The translations under genes and the position numbers were made by a program. The notes beneath the pieces were generated by a model that saw only the letters and a program-made list of their open reading frames with translations, was not told where the DNA came from and did no database searches. From positions 1-32,351 of IMG/VR virus record IMGVR_UViG_3300035493_000087: 32,351 bases of DNA, one strand, 5' to 3'. Origin of the DNA: a virus. Its lineage: Duplodnaviria; Caudoviricetes. Below, piece by piece: positions 24,616 to 32,351 of this stretch. Within the stretch, counting starts at the first letter, position 1. Each line of letters opens with the position of its first letter.

Positions 24616-25134
24616 ATGTTCTACGTAATCGAAAACAAATACACCGGCCCGAACCAGGATCAGGACCAGTACGCTGATGTTGACACTGTCGTGATCAGCA
24701 GCGCTCCCGCGGTAACAAATTCCAGCAACGAAGAGCGCACTGAAGGCTGGTGCGGAACCACCAACGATTGGGCGGTTTACGCCCATGGCGAATTCGAAAC
24801 CATCGAAGCTGCCCGTGCTGCTATCGCTGAGAAATTTGGTGATGTGCGTGACCGCGATGCCAATTGGGACGAGTTCGAGTCAATGGATGACGATGTGGTC
24901 GAGGTTTTCAAGCCTGGCAAGTATGAGCCGATGTGCAAAGAAGCGGTTGCAGACTGGTCATATGAAACCGCCAAGGAAGAGATCACCGCAGAGACTACCG
25001 ATGAAGCGATCGCTGGCATGGTCGATGAGTATGAGCGCGAAGCGAACATGAATGGGAGCTCTTGCGCTGATCATATCGAAGATGTGCTGATCGAGTTCCG
25101 CGACAATCTGCGTGAAGAACTGGAAAACGAATAA
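24616..25134 (+). CDS. Highly acidic hypothetical protein (anti-defence candidate)
   Basis: AAGGAG ribosome binding site; 172 aa, about a quarter Asp/Glu. Confidence 0.8.
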   Translation: MFYVIENKYTGPNQDQDQYADVDTVVISSAPAVTNSSNEERTEGWCGTTNDWAVYAHGEFETIEAARAAIAEKFGDVRDRDANWDEFESMDDDVVEVFKPGKYEPMCKEAVADWSYETAKEEITAETTDEAIAGMVDEYEREANMNGSSCADHIEDVLIEFRDNLREELENE

Positions 25135-25141
25135 CAGTATC

Positions 25142-25166
25142 AGCCCGGCCATGCGCCGGGCTTTTT
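25142..25166 (+). terminator. Intrinsic terminator
   Basis: AGCCCGGC-CATGC-GCCGGGCT followed by a T run. Confidence 0.8.
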
Positions 25167-25175
25167 GGAGGTGTT

Positions 25176-25538
25176 ATGAGTCAAGACAAGAAACTGCCAA
25201 GGAATCCGTCATTCACACCATGCCCCGGGCTGCGTGCCGATCTTGAAGATCATCGTGATGCTCTTGGCGTAACAGGTCGTCTGAATCAGGTGTGGGATCG
25301 GTACGAAGCCATGATCAAGCAGGAGTCACTACCGCTCACAGAAGAGGAAGAGTTCGTGCTCAAGCAGGCGATGATGGGCAGTTACGTTGAGCCGTTGCTG
25401 ATCCGATACCTTGAGGCCGAGATTCAGGATTGTGATGCGTACCTGGCCGGGTCTGCTGCTGCGAAGAGCTTGGCTGAGAAGCTGGAGTCTGCGAGCTATG
25501 CGCAGAAACTGGCGACGATTGAGAAAGCTGGGTTTTAA
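25176..25538 (+). CDS. Hypothetical protein, possible regulator
   Basis: GGAGG ribosome binding site; 120 aa with a beta-alpha-alpha-like N-terminus. Confidence 0.7.
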   Translation: MSQDKKLPRNPSFTPCPGLRADLEDHRDALGVTGRLNQVWDRYEAMIKQESLPLTEEEEFVLKQAMMGSYVEPLLIRYLEAEIQDCDAYLAGSAAAKSLAEKLESASYAQKLATIEKAGF

Positions 25539-25542
25539 GTAA

Positions 25543-26364
25543 ATGCCTGCACCAGTTGACCTGACCGGCCGTGTATTTGGTGATCTGGAAGTGATCCGCA
25601 AGGTTGGCAGGGATGAAAGTATCAAGACTGTATCACACAGCTGGATATGGTTGTGTCACTGCCGTAAGTGCGGAAGGGATGAGGAAATAACCCAAGGATT
25701 GATTCCGTATACTCCAAATTTGGCCAAGAAGAGCAAGCTGGCACGGTACGCTTGCACGATTTGCATGCGCGGTCCTTGTGAGATATGCGGTGCAGAGATT
25801 GAAGATGGCACGTATGTTGGCGTCTGCTCAGAGTCGTGCTATCTGGAGCGTCGGCGGAAAAACTTTAGGAATTATCATTACCGTCAACTAGAAGAAGACC
25901 CTGATTACTGGAAAAAAACAGCAGCTCAGAAACTGGCAAAGCTTGATTGTGATCCCGAAAAAAAAGAGCGGTTTCTGCAGAAAGATAGAGAGAGAAATCG
26001 CAAGTACAGAGATCTAAATAGGGATGCAATCAATGCCCGCGCCCGGGAGAGCTACGCGAGAACGCGCGACGAAGTGATTGCAAGGCGCAAGAAAAGGCTA
26101 GCAGCCATGTCGGCAGAAGAGCGACTGATGTTGGAGATTAATCAGCGTCAATACGCCATTGAGTGGTGGAGTAAGAATGGCAAGCGTGTTCTAAAAGAGC
26201 GTAAAGATAGGCTGCGCAATATGTCAGCGGATGAGCGTGAGCGGTATGTTCGGCAGCGCCGTGAGTATAACAGAGAGCGCAGATTGATCAGGGACGCTGA
26301 AAAAGCCTTGTCTGATTTGATGTCAATAGGGGAGCAGCTTAATGAGCTTGGTAGAGAAAAGTAG
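25543..26364 (+). CDS. Cys-rich, highly basic putative nucleic-acid-binding protein
   Basis: DLTGRVFGDLEVI...WLCHCRKCG (an N-terminus seen in HNH/AP2-associated proteins), CTIC/CEIC/CSESC, and a long K/R-rich helix. Confidence 0.7.
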   Translation: MPAPVDLTGRVFGDLEVIRKVGRDESIKTVSHSWIWLCHCRKCGRDEEITQGLIPYTPNLAKKSKLARYACTICMRGPCEICGAEIEDGTYVGVCSESCYLERRRKNFRNYHYRQLEEDPDYWKKTAAQKLAKLDCDPEKKERFLQKDRERNRKYRDLNRDAINARARESYARTRDEVIARRKKRLAAMSAEERLMLEINQRQYAIEWWSKNGKRVLKERKDRLRNMSADERERYVRQRREYNRERRLIRDAEKALSDLMSIGEQLNELGREK

Positions 26365-27016
26365 TAACAGCCTGGCGGAGCTTGAGCGATCAGACCTTAA
26401 AAGCCTGGATACACATGAGCTAAAGCAGCTGCTGAGCGCTGCTGTATCGGTAACGGCGCAATACATCCAGTTCATAGCGCGGGTTTGGCATGAGTTGGAA
26501 AGCCGAGGGGAAGACCTGAGCGAGCTTAGAAGCGGCTTGATGCGTTACCTGCCACTGGTACATGATGGAAAGCTGGATGCCTCTGTTGTCATATCATTTG
26601 CTGGGCAACAGCTGCTTCTGCGTGAAGTCGCCCTAATGCCAGTCGAAGAGCAAAAGCGCCTGGCTGGGGGTGAAAAGATACCGCTGGTAACCCAGAATGC
26701 CGCTGGAGACTTCAGTACTGCATGGGTTGATGTGAAAACACTACACGCCAGGCACTACAGTCAGGTTTTTAACATGGGTGAGGTAAGGACCGAGCAAGAA
26801 CAGATTGCTATACTGTCAAAGCCAGCCCAAAGAAAGCGAAGAAATCAGAAAGTTAGGCGTAAAAAAGTGCATTTCGAGAGCGATGTTTTTCGCTGCGGTC
26901 AAACTAAGATATTGGCGGAAGATTTACTTGATGCGCTATCTGGAATCAGCGGAAAGCCTGTGTCAGACATAAGAGACTTTCTTGGCATCAAGCCTAATCA
27001 CGATGAAGAACTGTAA
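26342..27016 (+). CDS. Hypothetical protein
   Basis: 224-aa ORF overlapping the previous gene. Confidence 0.7.
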   Translation: MSLVEKSSNSLAELERSDLKSLDTHELKQLLSAAVSVTAQYIQFIARVWHELESRGEDLSELRSGLMRYLPLVHDGKLDASVVISFAGQQLLLREVALMPVEEQKRLAGGEKIPLVTQNAAGDFSTAWVDVKTLHARHYSQVFNMGEVRTEQEQIAILSKPAQRKRRNQKVRRKKVHFESDVFRCGQTKILAEDLLDALSGISGKPVSDIRDFLGIKPNHDEEL

Positions 27017-27026
27017 AAAAATACAG
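27011..27026. promoter_or_regulatory. LexA (SOS) box-like site
   Basis: CTGTAAAAAAATACAG matches CTGT-N8-ACAG. Confidence 0.6.
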
Positions 27027-27033
27027 TAAATGC

Positions 27034-27062
27034 TTGCATCCATGAGCATACAGCACTAGAGT
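27034..27062 (+). promoter_or_regulatory. Late promoter (pR'-like)
   Basis: TTGCAT-17 bp-TAGAGT, followed by a terminator and the lysis genes. Confidence 0.65.
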
Positions 27063-27100
27063 TTTAGTCATGCTGGCCGCAGTGGCCACACACGAATTCA

Positions 27101-27126
27101 AGGCCTCGCAATCGCGGGGCTTTTTC
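27101..27126 (+). terminator. tR'-like terminator before the lysis cassette
   Basis: GCCTCGC-AATC-GCGGGGC followed by TTTTT. Confidence 0.75.
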
Positions 27127-27157
27127 ATTTCTAATCCACGCCAAGATCATCCACACC

Positions 27158-27619
27158 ATGCAGAAGAAAACATGGCTTGCCATCGCATTGACAGCAGTGG
27201 CGGGCTTTGAGGGCCTGCGCACGACTGCTTACATCGATCCGGTTGGCATCCCGACTATTTGCTTTGGCCACACCGCTGGCGTCCAGATCGGTGATCAGAA
27301 GACCGTTTCTGAGTGCGAAGCTTTGCTGACTGATGAAGTGGTGGACTTTGGCCTGCAGGTCAGTAATCGCGCCAAGGTGCCCCTGTCGCATCCGGAGCAG
27401 GCTGCGTACACCAGCTTTGCCTACAACGTGGGTATCGGTGCTTTCGAGCAGAGCACACTGCTGCGCAAGCTGAATGCGGGTGATCGGGTCGGTGCATGCA
27501 ATGAGCTGCCGCGGTGGGTATACGCCAAGGGCATCAAACTACCAGGGCTGGTGAAGCGCCGCGCAGCAGAGCGCGAGTTGTGTTTGTCAGGTCTGAGCAA
27601 TGCGCACACATCAAGATAA
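27158..27619 (+). CDS. Endolysin (GH24 lysozyme, probable SAR type)
   Basis: FEGLRTTAYIDPVGIPTICFGHT (E-8-D-5-T), SFAYNVG, GLVKRR and a hydrophobic N-terminus. Confidence 0.93.
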   Translation: MQKKTWLAIALTAVAGFEGLRTTAYIDPVGIPTICFGHTAGVQIGDQKTVSECEALLTDEVVDFGLQVSNRAKVPLSHPEQAAYTSFAYNVGIGAFEQSTLLRKLNAGDRVGACNELPRWVYAKGIKLPGLVKRRAAERELCLSGLSNAHTSR

Positions 27620-27629
27620 GGAGCAACGC

Positions 27630-27824
27630 GTGAACCTCGACCAGCACACCGATATTGTGCAACGAGTGGCTGCAGGCCTTACATACACGGTATCGGGCGG
27701 GCTGATGGTTGGCGACGCCCTGCAGTGGCTCAACAACAATGCAGGGGCTGTTGGCGCAATCATGGCCATGCTGACCTTCGGCGTGAACTGGTACTACCAG
27801 CACAAGCGCAACAGGGAAAAGTGA
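27630..27824 (+). CDS. Holin
   Basis: Small membrane protein ending LTFGVNWYY plus a basic tail, between the lysin and the spanins. Confidence 0.75.
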   Translation: MNLDQHTDIVQRVAAGLTYTVSGGLMVGDALQWLNNNAGAVGAIMAMLTFGVNWYYQHKRNREK

Positions 27825-28192
27825 TGCAGGCCCGTCTGTTGATTATGCTCGCCGGGGTGGTGCTGGTATCTGGGCTGGCCTGGTCACTGATGACCATTGG
27901 CGAGCTTAAGGCAGAGGCCCGTCAATCAGAACAGGCCATCATCCACCTGAACCGGACCATCCGCGAGGAGCGCGCGCGATATGAACAGACCGACCGTATG
28001 CTGGCAGAAACAGCCCGCCAACGCGCCGATGCAGTTCGCAAGGCTGGCCAGCTGGCTGATCAACTGCGTGCTCTGGCTGGGGCAGATCCCTGTGTTGATA
28101 CTCGCATTGGTCCTGATACTGCTGAGCGGGTGCGCCAATACCGAACCCACCCCTCAGTATCTGAGGGAGCCGGTTCCGCAAACGTGGACTGA
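27824..28192 (+). CDS. Rz-like inner-membrane spanin
   Basis: N-terminal TM helix, coiled coil and a C-terminal Cys. Confidence 0.78.
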   Translation: MQARLLIMLAGVVLVSGLAWSLMTIGELKAEARQSEQAIIHLNRTIREERARYEQTDRMLAETARQRADAVRKAGQLADQLRALAGADPCVDTRIGPDTAERVRQYRTHPSVSEGAGSANVD

Positions 28193-28331
28193 TACGTTTA
28201 TACCACCCCTGCTTAACGGCACGTACGGCGATTACATGGCGCAGTGCGAGCTGATCATCCAGCAGTGCAACGCCGACCGGATCAGCGTCAGGCGCTGGTC
28301 TGATGAAGCAACCGAGGAGGTTGAAGAGTGA
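28092..28331 (+). CDS. Rz1-like outer-membrane spanin lipoprotein
   Basis: Overlapping frame; lipobox LLSG-C, Pro-rich segment and CNADR. Confidence 0.75.
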   Translation: MLILALVLILLSGCANTEPTPQYLREPVPQTWTDTFIPPLLNGTYGDYMAQCELIIQQCNADRISVRRWSDEATEEVEE

Positions 28332-28406
28332 TCTGGCCTATCTATCGAATGTATGAGGCGAGTGCCCGTGCCAATGCTCGCATCGCTCTCGCCTGGTTGA
28401 ATCTCT

Positions 28407-28760
28407 ATGCCAAGTAAACCGCCGAGGCCCTGCCGAGCACCGGCCTGTGGCCACAAGACCACAGCCAGCCATGGCTATTGTGATGAACATGCCCACCTGC
28501 ACAAGCCGTGGGGAACACGTAAGGGATCGGGTCGAGGCGGTCGCCCATGGCGGCGTAAGCGTGATCAGGTGCTGCAGCGTGACAAAGGTCTATGTCAGCC
28601 CTGTATGCAGCAGGGCAGGATCAGCCCGGCCACACAGGTGGACCATATCATCCCGGTGGCAGAGGGCGGGACAGACGCGGACAGCAACCTTCAGGCGATC
28701 TGCAAGGCCTGCCATGACGTGAAGACGCAGGCTGAGGCCAAGCGAGCACAGCAGGGGTAG
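28407..28760 (+). CDS. Packaging-associated HNH endonuclease
   Basis: RDKGLCQPC...VDHIIP...GGTD..SNLQAICKACHDVKT, located upstream of terS. Confidence 0.9.
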   Translation: MPSKPPRPCRAPACGHKTTASHGYCDEHAHLHKPWGTRKGSGRGGRPWRRKRDQVLQRDKGLCQPCMQQGRISPATQVDHIIPVAEGGTDADSNLQAICKACHDVKTQAEAKRAQQG

Positions 28761-28840
28761 GGGGGTGTGAATCCCTACAGGAAAAGTGCTCGGACACCGC
28801 CGCCTCCATTACTTTTTTACAGCCGCGAAATATGAAAATC
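28761..28840 (+). other. Probable cos site region
   Basis: Between HNH and terS: a G run, ACCGCCGCCT (28796-28805) and TTTTACAGCCGCGAAAT, similar to HK97-type cos regions. Confidence 0.55.
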
Positions 28841-28865
28841 GATACCGGCGCGATTGGAGGGTGAC

Positions 28866-29363
28866 ATGGCAGGTACTTCTCGCAGTGGCCGCAAGCCCAA
28901 GCCGACCCAGCTGAAAGTGCTTCAGGGAAATGCTGGCAAGCGCAAGCTGAACGGTGTTGAGCCAACAGCCGAATCCCTCAGCGCTGTCCCGCCTGCACCT
29001 GAGTGGATGCACGAACGTGCGGTAGCCGTTTGGGATAACGCCGCGGCTTGGTTGGTCGGCGCCCAGATTCTGACCGATCAGGATCTGCACAACCTCGAAG
29101 CATTCTGTATGGCCTATGCACGCTGGCGCGATGCTCAGGACCACGTAACCACTCACGGCGCCGTGCTTGAAAACCCGAACACCGGTGCCCTTTACAAGAA
29201 CCCGGCTCTCACCGTGATCAACGAAGCGAACCGTCAGATGGTCGTGTTTGGTTCAGCCCTTGGCCTGGATCCGGCAAGCCGCTCCCGACTGGCAGCGCCT
29301 AGCGGTGAAGAAGCGGGGAACCCATTCGCCGAACTGCTCGGCAAGAAGCGGGGCGGGAAGTGA
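28866..29363 (+). CDS. terS: Terminase small subunit (P27 family)
   Basis: GRKPKPTQLKVLQGNAGKR, KNPAL and LGLDPASRSRL. Confidence 0.92.
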   Translation: MAGTSRSGRKPKPTQLKVLQGNAGKRKLNGVEPTAESLSAVPPAPEWMHERAVAVWDNAAAWLVGAQILTDQDLHNLEAFCMAYARWRDAQDHVTTHGAVLENPNTGALYKNPALTVINEANRQMVVFGSALGLDPASRSRLAAPSGEEAGNPFAELLGKKRGGK

Positions 29364-29372
29364 TGAGACTCA

Positions 29373-31076
29373 ATGGCCAGTTATCCGAACGTCAATGCCG
29401 CGAACAAGTACGCGCGGGACATCGTGGCTGGCCGAATTGCCGCGTGCAAAGAGGTACGGCAGGCGTGTGAACGCCATCTCAATGACCTGAAGCTGTCGAA
29501 GAAGCGCAGCTACCCGTACAAGTTTGACAAGGACGAAGCGGAGAAAGCCTGCGTTTTCGTCCAGCTGCTGCCCCACACCAAGGGCGCATGGGCACGAGAA
29601 CGCAAGCTGATCGAGCTGGAGCCCTGGCAGAAATTCATCTTCTGCTGCCTCTTCGGCTGGGTGAAGAAGAAAGATGGCCTGCGCCGTTTCTCTGAAGCCT
29701 ACTGCGAGATCCCGCGAAAGAACGGAAAGTCCGTGATTGCCGCTGGCGTGGGTATCTACATGCTGTGCGCCGATGGCGAATACGGTGCCGAGGTCTACTG
29801 TGGCGCGACCACAGAGAAACAGGCATGGGAGGTGTTCCGCCCGGCCAAGCTCATGCTCGAAAAAACACCGGCGCTGAAAAACGCCGCCGGCATCGAGATC
29901 ATGGCCAAAAACATCAGCATGCCCGCTGATGGCAGTCGGTTCGAGCCGCTGATCGGCAACCCCGGCGACGGTAGCTCCCCCAGCTGCGCGCTGGTTGATG
30001 AGTACCACGAACACGACAGTCCTGATCTCTACGAGACGATGATGACGGGGATGGGCTCGCGTGAGCAGGGCCTGATGTTCATCATCACGACAGCAGGCTT
30101 CAACCTCGCCGGCCCCTGCTACGACAAGCGCCGACAGGCCCAGCAGATGCTGGACGATGTGATGCCGAACGATGAACTGTTCGCCATCATCTACACCATC
30201 GATGCTGACGATGACTGGCAAGATCCGGCCACGCTGCGTAAGGCCAACCCGAACTACGGCGTCTCAGTCTCCGAGGAGTTCCTGCTCAAGCAGCAGCGCG
30301 ACGCGATCCGCTACCCGAGCCGGACAAATGCCTTCCTGACCAAGCACTTAAACGTATGGGTATCGGCGCGCACCGCTTGGCTCAATATGGCCGACTGGCA
30401 TGCATGTGGTCACCCTGAGCTCACACTGGATCAGTTCGTTGGTCGTGAGTGTTGGCTGGGTGTCGATTTGGCCAGTAAGACCGACATTGCCAGCATCGCG
30501 CTGCTGTTCAGAGACAAAGACGAAAACGGCCGCGATCGGTGGATTGTGTTCACCCGCAACTACCTGCCGGAAGGCGCCATCGAGCGTGCTGGGAACAATC
30601 GCGCCGCTTATGAGGCTTGGCAAAACGCCGGTTACCTGGTCGTCACCGATGGCGAAGAGATCGACTTCGACCAGATCCGCGAAGAGATCCGCGATCTGGC
30701 TGCCATGTTCCAGATTAACGAAATCGCCTACGACCCATGGCGTGCCACCCAGCTGGCCCACCAGCTGATGAAAGACGGCGCCGAGATCGTGGAATACCGC
30801 AACACCGTCCAGAACATGAGCCCACCCATGCGGGAAATGGAAGCGGCAATCACCGGCAAGCGCTTCATTCACTCCGATGATCCGGTACTCACCTGGATGG
30901 CCAGCAACGTCACGGCCAAGTCGGACGCCAAGGACAACATCTACCCGCGCAAAGAGCGCAACGAAAACAAGATCGACGGCATCATCGCCATCCTCATGGC
31001 GCTGGGTCGGGCCATGAACGCTGATCACGAAGCGCCAAAAGAATCCATCTACGACACAAGCGAGGTCGCATGTTGA
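29373..31076 (+). CDS. terL: Terminase large subunit
   Basis: Walker A IPRKNGKS, Walker B LVDEYHEH, ITTAG, GVDLAS, YDPW and KIDG. Confidence 0.97.
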   Translation: MASYPNVNAANKYARDIVAGRIAACKEVRQACERHLNDLKLSKKRSYPYKFDKDEAEKACVFVQLLPHTKGAWARERKLIELEPWQKFIFCCLFGWVKKKDGLRRFSEAYCEIPRKNGKSVIAAGVGIYMLCADGEYGAEVYCGATTEKQAWEVFRPAKLMLEKTPALKNAAGIEIMAKNISMPADGSRFEPLIGNPGDGSSPSCALVDEYHEHDSPDLYETMMTGMGSREQGLMFIITTAGFNLAGPCYDKRRQAQQMLDDVMPNDELFAIIYTIDADDDWQDPATLRKANPNYGVSVSEEFLLKQQRDAIRYPSRTNAFLTKHLNVWVSARTAWLNMADWHACGHPELTLDQFVGRECWLGVDLASKTDIASIALLFRDKDENGRDRWIVFTRNYLPEGAIERAGNNRAAYEAWQNAGYLVVTDGEEIDFDQIREEIRDLAAMFQINEIAYDPWRATQLAHQLMKDGAEIVEYRNTVQNMSPPMREMEAAITGKRFIHSDDPVLTWMASNVTAKSDAKDNIYPRKERNENKIDGIIAILMALGRAMNADHEAPKESIYDTSEVAC

Positions 31077-31261
31077 CAGCTCTCATTTTCATTCTTGGCC
31101 TGATCGGTGCTGGCCTGTGCGCTTTTGGGGCGTGGCTGGTGTACCAGCCGGCTGGCTTCATTGTGGCTGGGCTTCTGCTCATGATCACATCATTCATGTA
31201 CGCCCGCGCTCAGGCATATGCCCAGTTCATCCGGACGCACACCGATAAGGCTGAAGACTGA
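31070..31261 (+). CDS. Small membrane protein between terL and portal
   Basis: Two hydrophobic segments (GAWLVYQPAGFIVAG), typical at this position. Confidence 0.7.
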   Translation: MLTALIFILGLIGAGLCAFGAWLVYQPAGFIVAGLLLMITSFMYARAQAYAQFIRTHTDKAED

Positions 31262-32351
31262 TGTTTTTCCCCGGACTCTTTGCCAGCACCCGCGCAGATG
31301 GAATCTCGGCCACACCGGCCCAGAACTTCACCCAGTGGGTAAGTTCTATGGGTGGACGCCAGACATCAGCGGGCACCATGGTCAACACCAAAACGGCTCT
31401 TGCGGTGAGTGCGGTGCGTGCCTGCGTCACACTGCTGGCCGAGTCGCTGGCGCAGCTGCCCTGTGAGCTTTACCGCCGTGATGAAAACGGTGGCCGCACC
31501 AGGGCAACCGACCACCCAGTGTATGACCTGATCCACTCAGCCCCCAACCGCAAAGACACGTCGTTCGAATACTACGAACAGGCGCAGGGCTGCCTGGGAC
31601 TGGAGGGCAACCACTATGCGCTGATTGAGCGTGACGGCGCGGGCTACCCAATTGAACTGATCCCGGTACACCCGAAGAAGGTACAGGTGCTCAAGGGTGC
31701 CGATGGCATGCCGTACTACCACCTGACGGACCTGGGCGAAACGCTGCCCATGCACATGGTTCACCACATCAAGTACTTCAGCCTTGATGGCTATGTGGGT
31801 CTCTCCCCAATCGATACCAATGCAGACGCCATCGGGCTGGCACTGGCTACCGAGCAACATGCCGGGGCTGTTTTCCAGCGTGGTGCCACCATGTCAGGCG
31901 TCATCGAAAGACCTCAAGGCTCGACACCGATTGCAGATCAGGCCGCCATCGACCGCTTGCTGAGCAAGTTTGCCGAGCGCCACGCAGGCCTGCGGAACAT
32001 GTTCTCAGTCGCGTTGCTGCAGGAAGGCATGACCTACCGGCAGCTGGCCATGGACAACGAAAAGGCCCAGCTGCTGGAGTCCCGCAACTTCGGCGTCAAC
32101 GAAGTGTGCCGGCTGTACAAGATCCCGCCGCACATGATTCAGCAGCTCGACAAAGCCACGTTCAGCAACATCGAACATATGGGCCTGCAGTTCGTCATCT
32201 ACACCTTGTTGGCCTGGGTGAAGCGACACGAAGCCGCCATGATGCGCGACTTGTTGCTGCCGGCTGAGCGCAAAAACCACTACATCGAATTCAACGTCAG
32301 CGGCCTGCTGCGCGGTGACCAGAAGTCCCGCTACGAAGCCTACGCCATAGG
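31261..32351 (+). CDS. HK97-family portal protein (partial, runs off the window)
   Basis: MFFPGLF...AVRACVTLLAESLAQLP...GLEGNHYA...GLSPI...LQEGM...RLYKIPPHMI...FSNIEH. Confidence 0.95.
   Translation, partial: MFFPGLFASTRADGISATPAQNFTQWVSSMGGRQTSAGTMVNTKTALAVSAVRACVTLLAESLAQLPCELYRRDENGGRTRATDHPVYDLIHSAPNRKDTSFEYYEQAQGCLGLEGNHYALIERDGAGYPIELIPVHPKKVQVLKGADGMPYYHLTDLGETLPMHMVHHIKYFSLDGYVGLSPIDTNADAIGLALATEQHAGAVFQRGATMSGVIERPQGSTPIADQAAIDRLLSKFAERHAGLRNMFSVALLQEGMTYRQLAMDNEKAQLLESRNFGVNEVCRLYKIPPHMIQQLDKATFSNIEHMGLQFVIYTLLAWVKRHEAAMMRDLLLPAERKNHYIEFNVSGLLRGDQKSRYEAYAI

Larger units (their letters stand above)
172..32351. mobile_element. Lambdoid temperate prophage (left part; continues beyond the window)
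   Basis: Gene order is int-xis, early genes, cI/cro, replication, Q, lysis, HNH, terS, terL, portal. Confidence 0.97.

Noticed and set aside
20003-27157. Canonical CRISPR array near the csf genes
   Set aside because: No repeated 25-40 bp unit with spacers was found by eye, and intergenic gaps are too short. An array beyond the window cannot be excluded.
29370-31028. Long minus-strand ORFs opposite terL (similar ones lie opposite int and other genes)
   Set aside because: They are antisense shadows of well-supported GC-rich genes.
1-32351. tRNA, rRNA or IS elements
   Set aside because: No tRNA T-arm/cloverleaf, rRNA or transposase motifs were recognised.

Overview
This window is the left ~32 kb of a lambdoid (HK97-type packaging) prophage in a gammaproteobacterium. 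Host DNA is limited to about 1-172: the 3' end of kdsB and the first 14 codons of a low-molecular-weight protein tyrosine phosphatase gene (SILFVCLGN), which the prophage interrupts. From left to right come integrase/excisionase, a long leftward early operon (Lar-like, PAPS-reductase-like, HNH, dATP/dGTP diphosphohydrolase-like, RdgC, DEDD exonuclease, ArdR-like), and the immunity region (pL, BRCT and membrane morons, a LexA-boxed small gene, a repressor without a peptidase domain, cro). These are followed by a ~570 bp hairpin-rich non-coding stretch, KilA-N, a replication initiator with iterons, a RuvC-like resolvase and a Q-like antiterminator. The standout is a seven-gene type IV CRISPR-Cas-like effector operon at 20003-24506 (cas11-like, csf2/cas7, cas6e-like, HTH, csf3/cas5, cysH-like, csf1). 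It overlaps the end of the Q-like gene, lacks cas1/cas2/dinG and has no CRISPR array in the window. Unusually for cysH-linked (IV-B-like) loci it carries a Cas6e-like gene, and several solitary repeat-like hairpins in the prophage could be its RNA partners. The window ends with an acr/aca-like cassette, the lysis genes, HNH, cos region, terminase and a partial portal gene. All family assignments come from motif recognition by eye; no database search was run.
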